This document shows positions 38,859-54,483 of a stretch of DNA of 64,000 bases, piece by piece; the first letter of the stretch is position 1, and every line of letters starts with the position of its first letter. The translations under genes were made by a program, and so were the position numbers. The DNA comes from Chrysomallon squamiferum (taxonomy: Eukaryota; Animalia; Mollusca). The stretch lies in NCBI GenBank assembly GCA_012295275.1, contig CM022671.1, forward strand, positions 17,794,001 to 17,858,000. Reading direction: 5' to 3'. The notes under the pieces are model-generated. The model was not told where the DNA came from. It saw only the letters and a program-made list of their open reading frames with translations, and searched no databases.

Positions 38859-41800
38859 GTTTATTTATAAGAATATGTGGGGGGAAAAAAAAGAGAGAAA
38901 AACAAAAAACACATTGAAGAAGTCGATGATATATCTATCACGATGCACTCAGAATCATTAATATTGTATTATTATCATTATTATTATTATGATTATTATT
39001 ATTATTTAATATAACATTTTGATGCATTTAATCCAGCCTGAATTAATTTAATATTAAAGTTATTCACGTATTGTGAGATGGTCTTTATGTGAATAGCAGA
39101 AATCTTAAACCAGCAGCAAAAATGAACTGTAATGGCAGGCTGCAATTTTTAAAACTTTATTTCGTTTTGTTTTGTGGTGCGTGCGTGCGCGCGCGCTCTT
39201 GCCGACATAGGAAATTCAGACGTTTTGGAGTTGTTTTTTTTTTTTTTTTTTTTATAAAAGTCCGCATGTTGTCTGGCGAACAGCCCAGAAGGACATTTAG
39301 AGAACCAGCTGTGTCCAGCCAAATGATTTAAATTTAGTCCAACAAGAAGGGAGTGGTTCATTTTATTTATTATTCATTAATAGTTATTTAATGATTCCTA
39401 AATTTATTTAATGTTAATTACGATTTTATTTGTCAAGAAATGGAGAGGAAACTTCGTACAGGACTTTTAAAACTCTTGAAACCCAAATTGCCAAGTTTTC
39501 ATTTCCTTACATGAGCCTTAAAACTATGCAATTTTTAATTCTTCACTGCAGAAAATATGTCATTTTGTTAATTTTTCTGTTTAATTTTGTACTAGATTCA
39601 TAGTAATTATAAAATTGCTGTAGATGCCATTTTTCTTTTCCTTCTGTTTGTTATTACTTTTTTTTATTTATTTTATTTTATTATTATTTTTTTTAATCCT
39701 TATTTTATATATTAGATGTTAACTGGCAAAAAAAAAAAAAAAAAAAAATCCCAGACTAAATAAAATAAAATAAAAACCATAAAACATGGGACGATTTCAA
39801 ATGATTTATTGCCAGATCTACAGAAATTCTTCAAACAGGGTGAAAAAAAAAAGAAAAAAAAAAAAAGGTGGAACTATAGACAGAATGAAAAATGATTCAG
39901 AACAATTGGATTAAAGTTTTAATAGCAGGAAAGTAGCTCTGAAAAATCTAAGAAAAATGTTAACTAATATTTGCTCCTTAAAAAAAGCATGGTGCTATGA
40001 GAAGTAAATCATATTTGTTTAAAACATTCACTTGTTAGCTACCCATTGTGTCTGCAGAGTATTTACAATATATATATATATATAAAAAATATTTACTTTC
40101 ATTCAGTCACCTCTAACACACAAAATTAAAATTCAGACACTCGTAATGTCATGCACACACTGACAAAGACAATATGACAAATAAAACATAATAAATGATC
40201 ACATTTTACTTTTAACTGATGCAAATGTTTCTAGCTACATGTATGAAATTACTAACTACTGCAAAAAAAAAAAATAATAATAATAACAAATATAAATAAA
40301 TCAATTATAATAATAAAATATAATAAACAAAATTAAAAATAAATTTAAAAACTTAAAAATATTAAATTAAAAAATATTTTAATTGTGCCATATACAAGAG
40401 CAAATAACAAATATATTTCTTCTGCTTTCGTGTGACTTATTTCTGTAGTCACTAGAATTGCAAATGCTGCTAATAATAAAGGATAACAAAATAACAAGCC
40501 TTAACAGTTTCAGATACTTCCATGTGACTTTTGTTTCTGAATCTAGAAACTTTGATAATACTAGTGAGTGACAGTAAAATAAGCTGTTATGCATGGCAGT
40601 GTGCCATCTTACCACTCTCTCAATTCTTTTAAAGATATATAAAAATGTCAATAAAAATGGAATATGTCAGATCCCATGTGTTCACGTACTTGTTACACAA
40701 ACATTGAATTTTATCAATTATTTATACAAAAATTTTTTTTTTACTGAAAGTAAACTAGTTAGGAATCACATTTTGTGAACAATCTATAGTGTTAATTTAA
40801 AATGATTAAAGATTACACAATTAAAAATGTGAATAAAGACATCTGTAATTTGGTTAAATAATGTTAAGCTTTAAAAAAAAAGTGATTTTTTTCCCTTCTC
40901 CTTTATAAAATAATAATAATAATAATGCCATACAGTGAGATATTTTTAGAATTATTACTTTATTATTTTTTTCACAATTTATTTATTTATCAGTATATAT
41001 TTTTGTTGCATTAAACTTATCTGAGATTCAACAGCTAAAATTAACTCTTAAAAGTTTTTTAAAATGCAAATACAACTTGAACAGATGCATAACATTTGTT
41101 TTTAACATCTAAGCTTAGGAAAAATTAATTTCTAAAATATGCCAGAATAAAATATAATATTTTCAACTCTAAACCTTTAAGGTTTCAAAGAAAAAGCAAT
41201 GCAAAGAATCACTGAACAACTAAAATGTAGCATAAATCTAAACCCTAGAAATCTTAAGACGAAATCATTATCTAGTTTTAGTGGTTGAGGTGGATCAGGA
41301 AAGAAAGAATGTTCAAAACAGAATGCAGGATGTACAAAAAACACAAAGTATGCACTATTTTTATAACAACAGGGTAAACGTCTATCAAGCAATAGTTTAG
41401 TTAGAAAAGTAGAAAAGTTATGTTTAACATAACACCGAACCAGAAATATTTATATGATGATAATCAGATTTCACAGATAAATGATATGTTATTGTCTTCT
41501 TTATAAAATGTTTATTTTTAGTATAAACACTGTTGCAATATTTTCAATTATTCTTCTTATTATACACTATACGTTTGTCTTGGATTCTTACAACAATATG
41601 AGCCCCAGCTGCCATGAATTGTTTCATTTTGTACTGATGAAATGTGAATGACAAATGTTATGAAGTAGAAAAGATTCAAGTTTAAAACATGTTGAGTGTC
41701 ATGGTGTCTGCTCTTTGGTTTTAAAGATCTTAATGTGCAGTTTTATTTTTGACAGATATGATGCAGCAAAATAAAACTTATATATACTGTAATTTCCTGA

Positions 41801-42369
41801 ACCTAAAACATGAAGAGACCAGAAATAAATTCTAAGGCCGAGTAAATTGATTCTGGTCACAAATTATGAATGAATGTAACTTCTTGTTTTCTCTTTTAAT
41901 TTATGACCAACTTGTTTTTAAAAACTTAAATTTGTTGATATTTATAAAGGCACGGAGATCCAGCTCTCTTTATTTATAGCCATAAAAATTTAAAATGGCT
42001 GAAAAGACTTCTTAGAGCAAAGTAACTTTTATCTAGTCAAAATATTTGAAAGCACAGACCAAAAATAAATCTGTAATTTAAAACTAAAAGGTACCAAAAA
42101 GAAAATAATATCTTACACTGCAAAGATAACTGAAGGAAATGTTTGGGTTTCTGCTTCATTAATTTAAAACCAAACTGCTGAAAAGAAATCCACTTTTTGT
42201 CCCTCGTTAATCTAAAAAACTGAAATGTCAAAAGGTCCTAGATCTCTCTAACACTGTTCAAGTTTCCCTGTCAGTATTCAGTATAGTTGTGTGTTGGTCT
42301 CAAAGAAAACCCGAAAACTCCTATAATTAATGATGATGTTGATGATGATGTTGATCACAGTTGTTGAAA

Positions 42370-43155
42370 TTATCCTGACTGGGCATCGTCTACATACGGC
42401 AGCCAGAAAGCCTGTAATTAAAAATTACATTTCATCTAGTATATATATATATATCTTTCATACTACAAAGATAAAGTCCTTAATTGATAAATTTAACTAT
42501 TTTATAAATGGAAAAAGGGTAAAGGTGGAAAAAGAGGATAGTGGCTGAAACCACAGAAGAATGGAGGGGAAGACTGAACAGTTTGTTCAAAACAATTATT
42601 AAAATGCTAAATTATTATTTTTTTATTTTTTGCTAATGATAATTATACAATAAACATGTTTATAATTATAATATAATCTATATTTGTAGTAACTTCAATA
42701 CAAGCTATATTTGTAATAATACAAATCACATCTGTAATAAATATAATCCATATTTTTAATAAACATAATACAACATAAATTTGTTAGTATAATAAAAACT
42801 TTATTTGTAATAATAATAATAAAACAATAATTTGTAATAATTATATTACAAAGTAAATTTGTAACAATTACAATATAAAGTAAATTTGTAGGTATTATAA
42901 CAACCTGATTTGTATTAACTATAATACTACAGTAAATTTGTAAGTAAAATACCAACCATATTTGTGCAGGCTGAGGCAAGCATGATGAACTTTGGATTGA
43001 ACTGTACATTCTGTATGGAACTAGGGTGATCTCCATTGAGTATTGCTATCTTTGATCCTGTCTCTGTACTCCAGCAGTGTATCTTTCCATCAGTGGAACC
43101 TGCAAAAAAAAAAATAATAACAATAATAATAATAAAATAAAAATATAATAATAAT

Positions 43156-43213
<58 letters not shown>

Positions 43214-46200
43214 TAGAAATAAACACTTAATGGACTGGAATAAAATAGAATAGAGCAGAATAGAATAAAATAAAATCATCAGAATAACTAAAAGAAATAA
43301 AAGAAATAATAATCTTCTGGATATTTGTTCTGGATAAATACAAAATACAAAAAGATAAAAAAAATAATAAAATACAAACCTCCAAAAACAAACTGAGAAT
43401 CAGGACTAAACGAAGCTTCCAGTGGTACACCTCTATTATTTTGAAAACCCTGTAAAACAAATTTAAATAAAGAAGAACATGAAAATACAGGATTATAAAG
43501 TGATTTTTTCCTTTGACATTTTTTTTTATATATATATATATAGTAAAATCAACATGTTTTGTCGAATATAAAATAATGTATTACTGTCTGACAGAAATTT
43601 GTTTCTGGTATTTATAAGTGTCTATCTATCCACATCATCATTAACAGCTACACACTGAGGTAAACTATGAATGTTCTATATCATTAATTACATGAGATGT
43701 TCCACTCCACAACAACATAAATGAATAATGCTGAGAACATTGTGATTTAGAATTAATTTTATGAATGTTTATATCTATACATGAACTATATAATGCCTTT
43801 GTACATTAAAAATTTACACTATTCCAAAACCATGTATTACATCCACTGATAAAGATACAGAAATTCTGATCCTATATTGCCAAGGCACAGCAATTCATAC
43901 CATTCAAAAAAAATACGAGAAATATAAAACTGACACCATTAATATTAAAATATGCTTAGATAATATCGATTTAATGTCAAATACCACACTTGCAAACTTT
44001 AGAAAAATTCATACATTAACAATACAAAACATTACTGAGTGGCAAGCAGCAGAAATATTTATCAATTTAAAATAAAATTATATCAGTGTGAATGTCAGTA
44101 TTTAGTGGTGGACATTTTGCTACTGAAGATGATTATTAAGCTATAATAATACGTACACCAAAATTTTGCAGTGGAGTCCCTTGAAATGCATCTATCAGTC
44201 GAACCACTGATCCGTTTGTAGAAATAATTATCAGTTTGCCATCTGGACTGAACTTTATTCCCGTCCAATCACAATCTTTGTCCTGTGGGAGTTTGAAGGT
44301 TGTGAATGGACCCTAAAATTCAACAAAAAAAACATACACAGATTTAAACATTTATATTTACAATATTAACTAATAAGGTCAAAATAAGAAAGAGGAAATT
44401 TCAGCCTTAACCCAAGCTTATTATTTCATTATTACTTAATCAAGTCAAAATTAAGAAAAAGGAAAGTTCAGCCGTATCACAAGCTTATTATGTCGTTATT
44501 ATATTTTATTATTAAACAAGACTGTTTCCCAGAAAAAATAATGAAATAAGTCGGAAATATTCAAAACATATTGTGCCTTTTCATTACTGTCATCAAAGGT
44601 ACATTTTAATTCAAGCATCGACACAAACGTAAATAAATAAGTAACTTATATCAGATTTAATGCAAATAAATAATAAATCTGTTGCAAACCAACAGCCACA
44701 AAATATCACATACCCTGTCAAAAGAACGCAGATCATACAGTTTAACTGTTTCTGAGTTGACACCTGCAGCAAAAATAAGCCCTTCAGGATCAAAGGCAGC
44801 CACTGGTCGACCTGACAGGTGCATCAGACCCTAAACAAACACACAAAATTTTAAAATATGAATGACTATTTAACAACTAGAGATATTTCAATTATCTGGA
44901 ATCAAACAATGGTAATTATACATATATTAATGATTAATAATGTTACAAATAATTAAATACGATATTAAAAACACGACGTAAAGAGATGTGAAAAATTTAA
45001 TAAAAAGACGCTGTTGAAGACAAGCAAATTTTAAATATCTTACAATTTAAATACAAATTAATAACAGAATTTAAAATAATAAAAACAACAAGAGCACTTA
45101 TTTTACAATTATTATCATTAAAGATGTGGGTAGCTGCATAAAATAATAATAATAATAATAATAGTGATGATGAAGCAGAAGCCTAAAATAATTGGTTTTC
45201 ACCTGACAGTTTTGAGATCTTAGATCCCACAGACGAATAGTTTTATCCATGGAACCTGACAAAAATGTGTCGTCAATAGGTGACATGTTGAGTGTGACAA
45301 CCCTGTTAAAATAAAATTTAAAATATTTTACAAGTAGAATTTTTGCATCTATAATTCCACAAATAATTATAAACACACACACAAACAATAACACACATAA
45401 AACACATACACACAAATATATGCAAACATACACATGCATGCACACTAACACACACACACATTCAGTTCATAACATCAGTGATAAACAAATGTTTTACTTA
45501 CTTTTTTGTATGACCAGGAAAGTATCTGATGTATTTGTTGTCGTGTAGTGACAAATACCGGATGGTATCTAAGCAACAAAAATAACAGATATAAAGAAAT
45601 AGACTGTAGGCACAGAAGCATAGTAGCAGCGAGTTGAAATGATTATTTAACAACATAAAAAGATATTTTTAATATTAATGCTTACAAGTTATGTAATTTG
45701 CACTAAGTTTATTATATATATATAAATAATAAGATATATAATTCATAAACTCATTGTAAATGCATTAAAAAACAACATTATTATATCAATTCATAGAATG
45801 AGATCACAGATTCACAGTACAAAAATAATAAAATAAATATAAAAAAAACACAAATAGTTGGGGTTTTTTTCAAAAATTAATGCCAGAACATTTCTGTCAA
45901 TAAACTGATTTTACAGAATAAAAAGGTTTTTCAAAAATAAATCACTTACCATCCACCTTTGTCGAGCAATGGAGGGCTGTGTTTGCTGCATGAGTATATC
46001 TTATTAAATCTACCCCATATTTTTTACTATTTAATGTTCTTTTTGGCCTGTAAAGAAAAACAAAAATAAAATAAAATAAAATGTATATATGTACACACAC
46101 ACACACATAACAAATACTGCTGCTACTTCTACAAACACATTATCCAAATGGGACTTAAATGCAACAAATGTGGTCATCAAACAATATAATGTAATAAATA

Positions 46201-47576
46201 TAATAATGAATCAGTTTAATTTTAAACTGCTTTAAATTTATGTTGTTGTTTTTGTTTTGTTTTGGGGGTATTTGGTTTTTGGGTGGTGTTTGGCTGCTGT
46301 ATTATCATTATAACAGTATATATTTATTAAAAACGTTTTTCTTGGGCTATATTCAAGAACATTTTATTTATTTATTTATCTATTTATGTAGATATTTTGT
46401 TGCTGCTGTTATTATTATTATTATGATCATCAATTGTTTTTTTTTTAATGTTTTATTATTGTTAATGTTAAAACTCATTCCAGTATCCAGATTAATATAT
46501 GTATGTAAATAACTATTTCATGCATGAAATGAACAGATTTTGATCGTGAAGTCTTTGTTTAAATGATTTTTTTGAAATGGGCATCATATATACAAGCACC
46601 TACATCATTAATAAAAAATTATATTTTTAAACGCTCAGCATCATATTTCATATTTATAAGCACATACATCACTAATGATTAATAATTAAAAAAAAAAAAA
46701 ATTAAATACTCTTAAAAAGTGCAAGTCTGAGTTGCAAATGATATTAGTTATGTTAGTACATATTTTTTTGTTTTGTTTCAGTATTTCACTAGGAACAATG
46801 AATTCCATGTCCAGTCATATTACTAAGTAACTTCAGGTTTATTTTGTCAGGCCAAATAATTTCCCTGAAATAATTGTACAAGAAATTGGCAATACAATAT
46901 CACAGTTTATAACAACATAAGAGAAGTAAATTAAAATGTATAGCAAATAAAAGAATTTGTAATATGATCAGTTGTAATTATTGTAAAGCTATAACTCTGA
47001 ACAAGTTTGATAAATATTATATATTTTCTATACAACTATGTTCTAATCACTGGATGTTGTTATATCTGAAAAGATTTAAGGTTTGAAATATCCTTTCCAT
47101 TCTTTTTCTTTTTTTAATATTATAAAATGTGTTATATACAGTTCTAACAACTATAGCATTTGAACAGATATCTGCAACAATTTGACCCACAAAAAGCTAT
47201 TATTATTACTGATTGTATCCAGCTGTATGTTAAACTTGTTTATTACATGTATATATATATTATTAATGTTATTTAATGGAATTTAACATTTTATGCCTGT
47301 GTATAATTCATTTTATTTTCTACATTTAATTTGTACTGGAGTAGTGTTTCAGTAAGTTTTAGGTCTCTAATTCCCCAGACACTAGTTTTAGTAGTCAATA
47401 CACTCTCTGAGACTGGTGTATGATTATCCCTAACTGTTATCTCTGTATTCCACACAACGTACTTCAAAACTCCGATAGCATTTGTACTTTAAAAACATGG
47501 AAAACATTCTAATAAAATTAGCGAATAAATTGTTAACTTGATTATGTGTAACTAATTTTGGCCGTTAACTGTCGAG

Positions 47577-47609
<33 letters not shown>

Positions 47610-47975
47610 TGCTTTGCCAACTGTGCACTGTTCTTGTCAAAGTATAGTCAATATTAACTTTGTTGTTTGTCGTGGATTTTGAAAGATCGTTTTATATTGT
47701 TAATTTTGTAAGGTAGTGTAAATTACTTTTATTTAACGAAAGGCATTTTGGTTTTAAAAAAAAGCTTTTGTTTTATTCATAAAAGTTATCTCCCTCTACT
47801 TGTTCATCACTTACGTTCCATTGATACAATCGTAAATCACAATAGAATCATCGTCACTGCTAGATATCAGTGTTTCACCATTTGCTGAAAAATCTAAACT
47901 GTTTATTCTGTCAGTATTCTCACGAAATACTTTTGCTACTTTCACGTTTCGCACAATGTTGTCGGTAATCTTCAT
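42370..47975 (-). CDS. WDR82: WD repeat-containing protein 82 (SET1/COMPASS and PNUTS-PP1 subunit), 317 aa. Exons 47815-47975, 45950-46047, 45502-45568, 45203-45302, 44714-44830, 44157-44312, 43380-43449, 42957-43099, 42370-42411
   Basis: Spliced translation [131 protein letters not shown]. All GT-AG, frame open throughout. Confidence 0.97.
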
Positions 47976-48357
47976 TTTCGTTAGGTAGCATGGCGGGTTA
48001 CAATTTTATGCAAGCCGGTTTGAGTGAATGACATATTATTGTGTTAATAAACACACAATTAATTATTTATACTTATTTATTAAACAGTAAAAAAAAAAAA
48101 ATGATCGTTATTATTAGTAATATTAATAAATAAAATGAAATAAAGATTAATTTAATTCGGAAGACTTCGAACTTTTTCGGAAATCAACCACAAAACTTTC
48201 GGATAAATTCGTATCTTATCGGAATCGGCAAATGTGCCTTGGAAAGGGGTGTTTTACGATTATCGGAAATAACCGAAATTAACATACACAAAAGTTGATT
48301 TTATAACAGTATTTACTAACAAACCTTTAGAATGTAATAACACCAAAGAGTGATGTA
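47976..48357. promoter_or_regulatory. Bidirectional promoter region between WDR82 and GLYCTK
   Basis: Divergent start codons separated by 382 bp. YY1-like CATGGCGG at ~47989 and a cluster of TCGGA(A) ETS-like cores at 48157-48270. Confidence 0.7.
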
Positions 48358-49659
48358 ATGTTTGTTTATTGCACTTTCAGGTAATTTAATATTTGCATAG
48401 TGTACTGATGGTGAACGGACGAAACTGAAACAATAATCATAATGATAATTATTTCAAATAATTTTGTACATTCCAATGGCAAAGGATAAAACTTAAAGAG
48501 TCTTAGGTCAACCTTTTTAGAGTGATTTTTTTCACCCTATCTGACTCAGCTTTAAAAATATGAATTTAACATACTTATTTCAGATATATATCATGGAATA
48601 TTACTATGCAAATGACAGCTTTGTATATTTTATAATTATTATTTCTGTCTTTGTTTCTTTATTTTTCTGCAAGTAATGTGTGCAGAAACACATTAAACTT
48701 GTTAAGACAACCACCTCACTAAAGCAGCCACTATTCTGTTTATTTATTTCATCACCTGCATAATGCAATTAATTCATTCATTATCATATTTTTTAAATAT
48801 ATATATATATATTTTTTTTTATTTCAGACTTGGCACTCCTTCATTTACTTTCCTGCAGCGAATAAATTCACTCTCTGGTTGTTCTGTTATCATTAAGCAG
48901 CACCTGAAAATTCACAATCAAGCAGTGTTAACCAATGGTTACCACTCTTACAGTTCCACTCTTCATTTTATGAAAGCATTTTCCAGCCACCGTCCAGCAG
49001 ATTTGTCCAAAATGCACTGTTTTAATGACATTCATTCGATATTCATGACTGCCGTGGAATCTGTCTTGCCAAGGCAGATGTTGCTGCCAGTGATTCGGTA
49101 CAGTGCAGAAAACTCCACTCTTCTCGCCAATGATCGACACTATCATCTGGCTCACAATGTGTACGTAGTGGGATTCGGGAAAGCTGTTTGTGGCATGGCT
49201 AGAGCAGTGGAAGATGTCATCGGAGAGCATGTTCGTACTGGCATTATTAGTATCCCACTAGGAGCAGTGGAAGCTTTGAAAGCAGCAAATAAGGAGTACG
49301 TGAAAATATGTAATTTAAGAAGTTTTGGTTTTTAAAAAGAATAGTGAAATTCACTGTACTTTTCTCAAGCAGACACAAAATTCAGAGAATGGAGCGTTAT
49401 TATTTACTAGAATTAATTTTTTTTTTTTTTTTTTTCTGTAATGGCATATATATATTGTGTTTTCAAATAATCTTGTTTTATTGGTTGGGTTTTTATTTTG
49501 TTATTTTATTTTTTTAATAAATTATTTAAACATTTTTTTATTAGTTTTACTACATATATATTGTTAATATTAATTTTTGTTGTTACCATTATACAGTAAT
49601 AATAATAATAATAATAATAATAATATAAATAATAGTAATAATATTATTCTTATTATTAC

Positions 49660-49704
<45 letters not shown>

Positions 49705-51934
49705 ATGCTGCTAAAACATGACAGCAAAATAAAGATATATGAAGGAGCTAAAAATAACCTTCCAGATGAAAATGCATTAGCAGCAGCTAAGGCAATCCAT
49801 GAGCTGGTTTCTTCTCTAAACAAAACAGATATTCTCATTGTACTAATTTCAGGTAAATGTGTAAATTATCAAACTAAAATATATACATATATCTTACTTC
49901 CTACTTTTGTAAATGTGTATGACTATAAAAGACAAACAAACCAACCCAAAACACCCAAGGAACAGAGCAAAAAATACAAATAGAAAAAGCAACAACAAAA
50001 AAAACCCCTGACTAATAAATTAAGATATTTTAAGTGTGAAATTGCATTCATTATTACCAGATAATCTAAATACATAATACATACATTCAAGTGATTGTTT
50101 CATTTGTTCACAAACTAATCTTTGATAATAATATAAAATATGAAATTATTAAGTTTTAAATATTTCTCAGTATTAAATGATGTCTTCACAAACATGTTGG
50201 AGTAATTGTCTTATTCTATTATTAACAAAACTTGGTTTCATGGATTAAATAAAACAACTACCTGGAAATATATATAATCTTGTTAAGCTATTGGTTTATA
50301 ACACAACTGATCCTGTTTAATGAAATTACAATGAGATTAACATTGATTTTTTTTGAAGTATTCATAGATAAATCTATTTCACAAGAACTGCTGTGGGTTT
50401 ATGTAAATATTTTAAATGTAATCAACAGGGGGAGGATCTGCCTTGCTGCCCATGCCATGTGAGTCCATCTCTTTGTCAGACATTATGAATCTGACATCAC
50501 TACTGTCCCGAAATGGAGCCAACATCAGTGAAATGAATGCAGTCAGGAAAAATATTGAAATGTTGAAAGGAGGAGGTCTTGCCCAATGTGCATATCCAGC
50601 TCAGGTGAGACAACAGCAACAACAACAACAACGATGATGATAATGATGACAATGACAAATAAAAAATAAATAATATGTGGAAATGTAACATTAATGGCAG
50701 ATGAATTTTTTCTTTTAAAATACAAGGAATAATACTTAGTATTGTATAGCTTATTTCTAAATGCAAGTTGACAAGAAAAAGTTGATAATTTTTTCTTTAA
50801 TTATTTTCATAAATTAAGCAATTAGATATCATGTTAGTTACTCTCGACTGTTGCTGGGTTTTTAAAATTTAATTATATTGTTTGTTTTCATATTAAAATA
50901 ATTTTTATTATTATTATTATTTGTTTTATTATTGTTGTTGTTTGACAAGATATGTGTCATATGTTTTGTGTTTTTTTTTTTTTTTTAAATTAACTTTAAA
51001 CAATTTTCTTTTTTTTCTCCAGGTTATATCTCTGATAGTTTCAGACACAATTGGTAATTCTCTGGATGATGTTGCCAGTGGTCCAACTGTTCCTAACTGT
51101 TCTCATCCTAGTCAGTGTTTTGAAACATTCACACGACTGGGTATCATGGACAGGGTACCTCCTAGCATAGTGTCGTTTCTTAAAACGAAAATTAAATCTC
51201 AGAATGCAGTCATCCGAGATCCTAAAGAAATCTTTTGTACTGGATGGGAATGGGTGTACAACATCGTTGTTGGAAGCAACAACATAGCAACAGCAGCTGC
51301 AGCTAAAACTGCTAAAGATCTTGGATATGCCCCATACATTCTTTCAAACGAAATGGAAGGAGAGGCTAAAAAAGTGGCAGCCATGTTTGCAAAGACGGCA
51401 TTTTTTATTTCTCTCATGAAGAAACGAGAATCTCAAGAACACAAAGCTCTGTTACGCGGCCTTGAACTTGACCTTGTCGAAGCTGGAATTAAGAAGAAAA
51501 TTATCAATGAAATTGTAAGCGTTACCAACAAGGGGAAAAATTCGGGTAAACCCGTCTGCATTATCAGCGGAGGAGAGACTACTGTACACGTGAAAGGTTC
51601 AGGTATTGGAGGACGAAACCAGGAGATGGTTCTGGCAGCTGCCATCCACCTTGATGAGCTTTTCAGAGACCAAAATGAATCAGAAAAGCAGCATGTTTGT
51701 TTTTCCAGTGGTGGCACTGATGGTCAGGATGGGGCCACAGACGCGGCTGGGGCAGTGGTTGATGCTAATTTTGTCGCTCAGAGTGAAATGGACGTTCCTA
51801 CGCTGAAAGCTTACCTGGAAAACAATGATTCACATTCTCTGTTCAAGATGGTAAAAGGTGGCAGCTATCTTATAAAACCTGGACTGACAGGCACCAATGT
51901 TATGGACATCCAAATATTGATTGTTAGTGTGTAA
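48358..51934 (+). CDS. GLYCTK: Glycerate kinase (type 2 / MOFRL family), ~576 aa. Exons 48358-48380, 48828-49295, 49701-49852, 50429-50604, 51023-51934
   Basis: Motifs VVGFGKAVCGMA, LISGGGSALL, GANISEMNAVRK, KGGGLA, SD..G..LDDVASGPT, GGETTV, GGRNQE, GTDGQDG, GLTGTNVMD. Splice phases are consistent. The 23-nt first coding exon (MFVYCTFR) is the least certain part. Confidence 0.93.
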
Positions 51935-53980
51935 GTTTCAGTTTTGTATCCATATGTTATATGTATAGTTAATAATTTGGTAAGTTTTGAATCACCACCC
52001 AATTGTGTTCACATACTATCGTTATTCGGAGTTAGTTAAATTATTACATCCATTAATCAGGGACAAATCCTATTTAATTTAATGAAATGCAATATCATTT
52101 GTCACAAAACAGAAATGTCACACATCACTGCTTAATTGTATTTAACAAACTGTTTTGTGATTAACTACTTAATTAAAATAATTAATTTACTCCAGAAATT
52201 ATTCACCAGTCTTAATGATTTACCTGAATCCCTGTTGGACAACTATTTCAGAGTCTAGCCTACTTATCTACCCTAGATTCTTAAATATTTGTTTAATAAT
52301 TACAGCAATTTCTTAACTTAAAAATTTTCTTTGGCTTTTAAATTTAAAAATGTGATGAAGTTATTTTGAGAATGAAAATTGGACAAAATGAAAACATTAT
52401 TCAGAAAAATGTATTTTTAATAATAAATTTAAATTATGAGGCTGAGCCTTTAAATCTTTAAATCAAAATATTAGCTGTCTAACCATTGTCTGTACAATTT
52501 TATTCTCTATACCCAGTATATGCATAAAGTTGAGTAAATATTTATATACAGAAAAACTGACAGTATTTATTAATTCTTGATTTTCTTTTACTATTTAAAT
52601 TTAATAATATGTAATAATATTTTTATATACATTTTGCTGTTGATTTATTTTAAATATTTTAATGGTTATTTAAAAATAAATATAACAAACTGCTGCTTTG
52701 TTCTTTCTCCATTAAAAAGAAAAACTGTAAAATTTCAATATAATATCATTACTAAAAAAATGCAAAATTAAGCTAAAGAAGTCTGGAATCCCTCATGCTA
52801 TTTTGTCAGATTTTATTATTAGCAAAGCATGGGTATTTATAGTAAATAAAACAATCATCTAAGAAAAAAAAAATGAAGGTAATATTTTTCACACCATAAA
52901 CTTTTATTGACACTAATATCAAATGATTAATTTAATATAATCCTGTTTTCTGTAAGATTTCAAATCAAAATAAAACAGATCACAAAACAGAATAATAATT
53001 AATATAAATTATACAACCATTTGACGTATTTAATGCAACCAAGAATACTTTTTAACTGTTGACATAACACAAATTTTAATCGAAGTATGTCAGATTCTAG
53101 GTTATACTATCTTCATATTCAATTTTATCTGTAATTTTAATATTAACAGTTCATAGATTTATTTTTTAAATTTTTTTTTTTTTAGAATACCAACAACACT
53201 AATAATTAATAGAATTTCATTCATAAGCTAGGCACATCAGTTAATTCTGAATAATATACAAAATGAAAACAGTTATCATTCATAAATAGAGTAAATAATC
53301 TCAGAATTCAAACATCTGAACAAGTACAGTATCACTACTATACCAACAAAAATGATGAAAGTTAAAAATACCTAAGAAATCCAACATTTTGTTGCGCTTG
53401 GTGAAACTTTAAAAAAAACTATGTCAGAGCAGGAAATAATTAGCGAGTTGAAATGTTAAAGGAATAAATATAATAATAATAATGATTTTATATAATTAAA
53501 ATTTAAAAATAAATATATATATATTGTTATGCTGGGTAAAAATACGTGCTTATTAACTAGAGACAGACTAATTTAAATGGAATGAAAGATTATTTAATAT
53601 CAAAATATTTTGACACTAACAAGGAAGTATCAGTAATACATCTGATGTATACATCAAGTAATGTATACTATTAATAACACCAAACCTGTGTAATTCTGCC
53701 ACTTAAGCAGCAGGTTACTTTTACTGATCTATTATCAGTTTGTTCTGTGTTGGTAGGAAAATCAGTGTCGTGTACCATGGATAATAAATTGTGAATCTTA
53801 ATTTTATCACATTTTGTTCTTGGTTGAAAATCTGTGATAAATAATACTGTGACTAGTTCTTCTGTTAATAATTGTTATATATTATGCATTATTATTGGAC
53901 TAAATTTTACATAATCATCAATTCATTGTCAGCATTATGAAAAACCTAAGAGAAAAAGACTATGGTGTTCTGTTAAAATA

Positions 53981-54028
<48 letters not shown>

Positions 54029-54483
54029 GAATTGTAAGTATATAAGGTTTAATAACTTCAAATGGAACTAACATATAAAACAATGTTGTCACAGGAGATA
54101 TAAAAACAATAATTAAAATGCAGCACACAGTAATGAAAATTAATTAATTACTCGGTACCAAGTGAAAAGTTAAACAATAACATACAAATCAGATTAACAA
54201 CAAATAGCATTCCCCCCCTCAAGGCTTTAAACAAACATTATCAGAAAAAAGAAACTGTTACTGCATCTTTCTTTTCTTAGAAATAAAAACCTATTTGTTG
54301 ACAACACTAACAGTATTCTTTAAAGTGTACATCTGCCAAAGAAAACAAATTATCTTAGCAATTCTTTAAATAACATTATTAACAGTGCTTTTTAAGATGA
54401 GTTGTAAATATTATATATAGATACATGTATCTCCATTACAAAAAGGTTATCACTTTATTCTTTAAATCACAAAAGTCTTTGTG

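Noticed and set aside
46048-47814. let-7 microRNA in a WDR82 intron (human let-7g is WDR82-intronic); partial TAGTTGTATAG on the minus strand near 47030-47040
   Set aside because: No TGAGGTAG seed and no convincing precursor hairpin.
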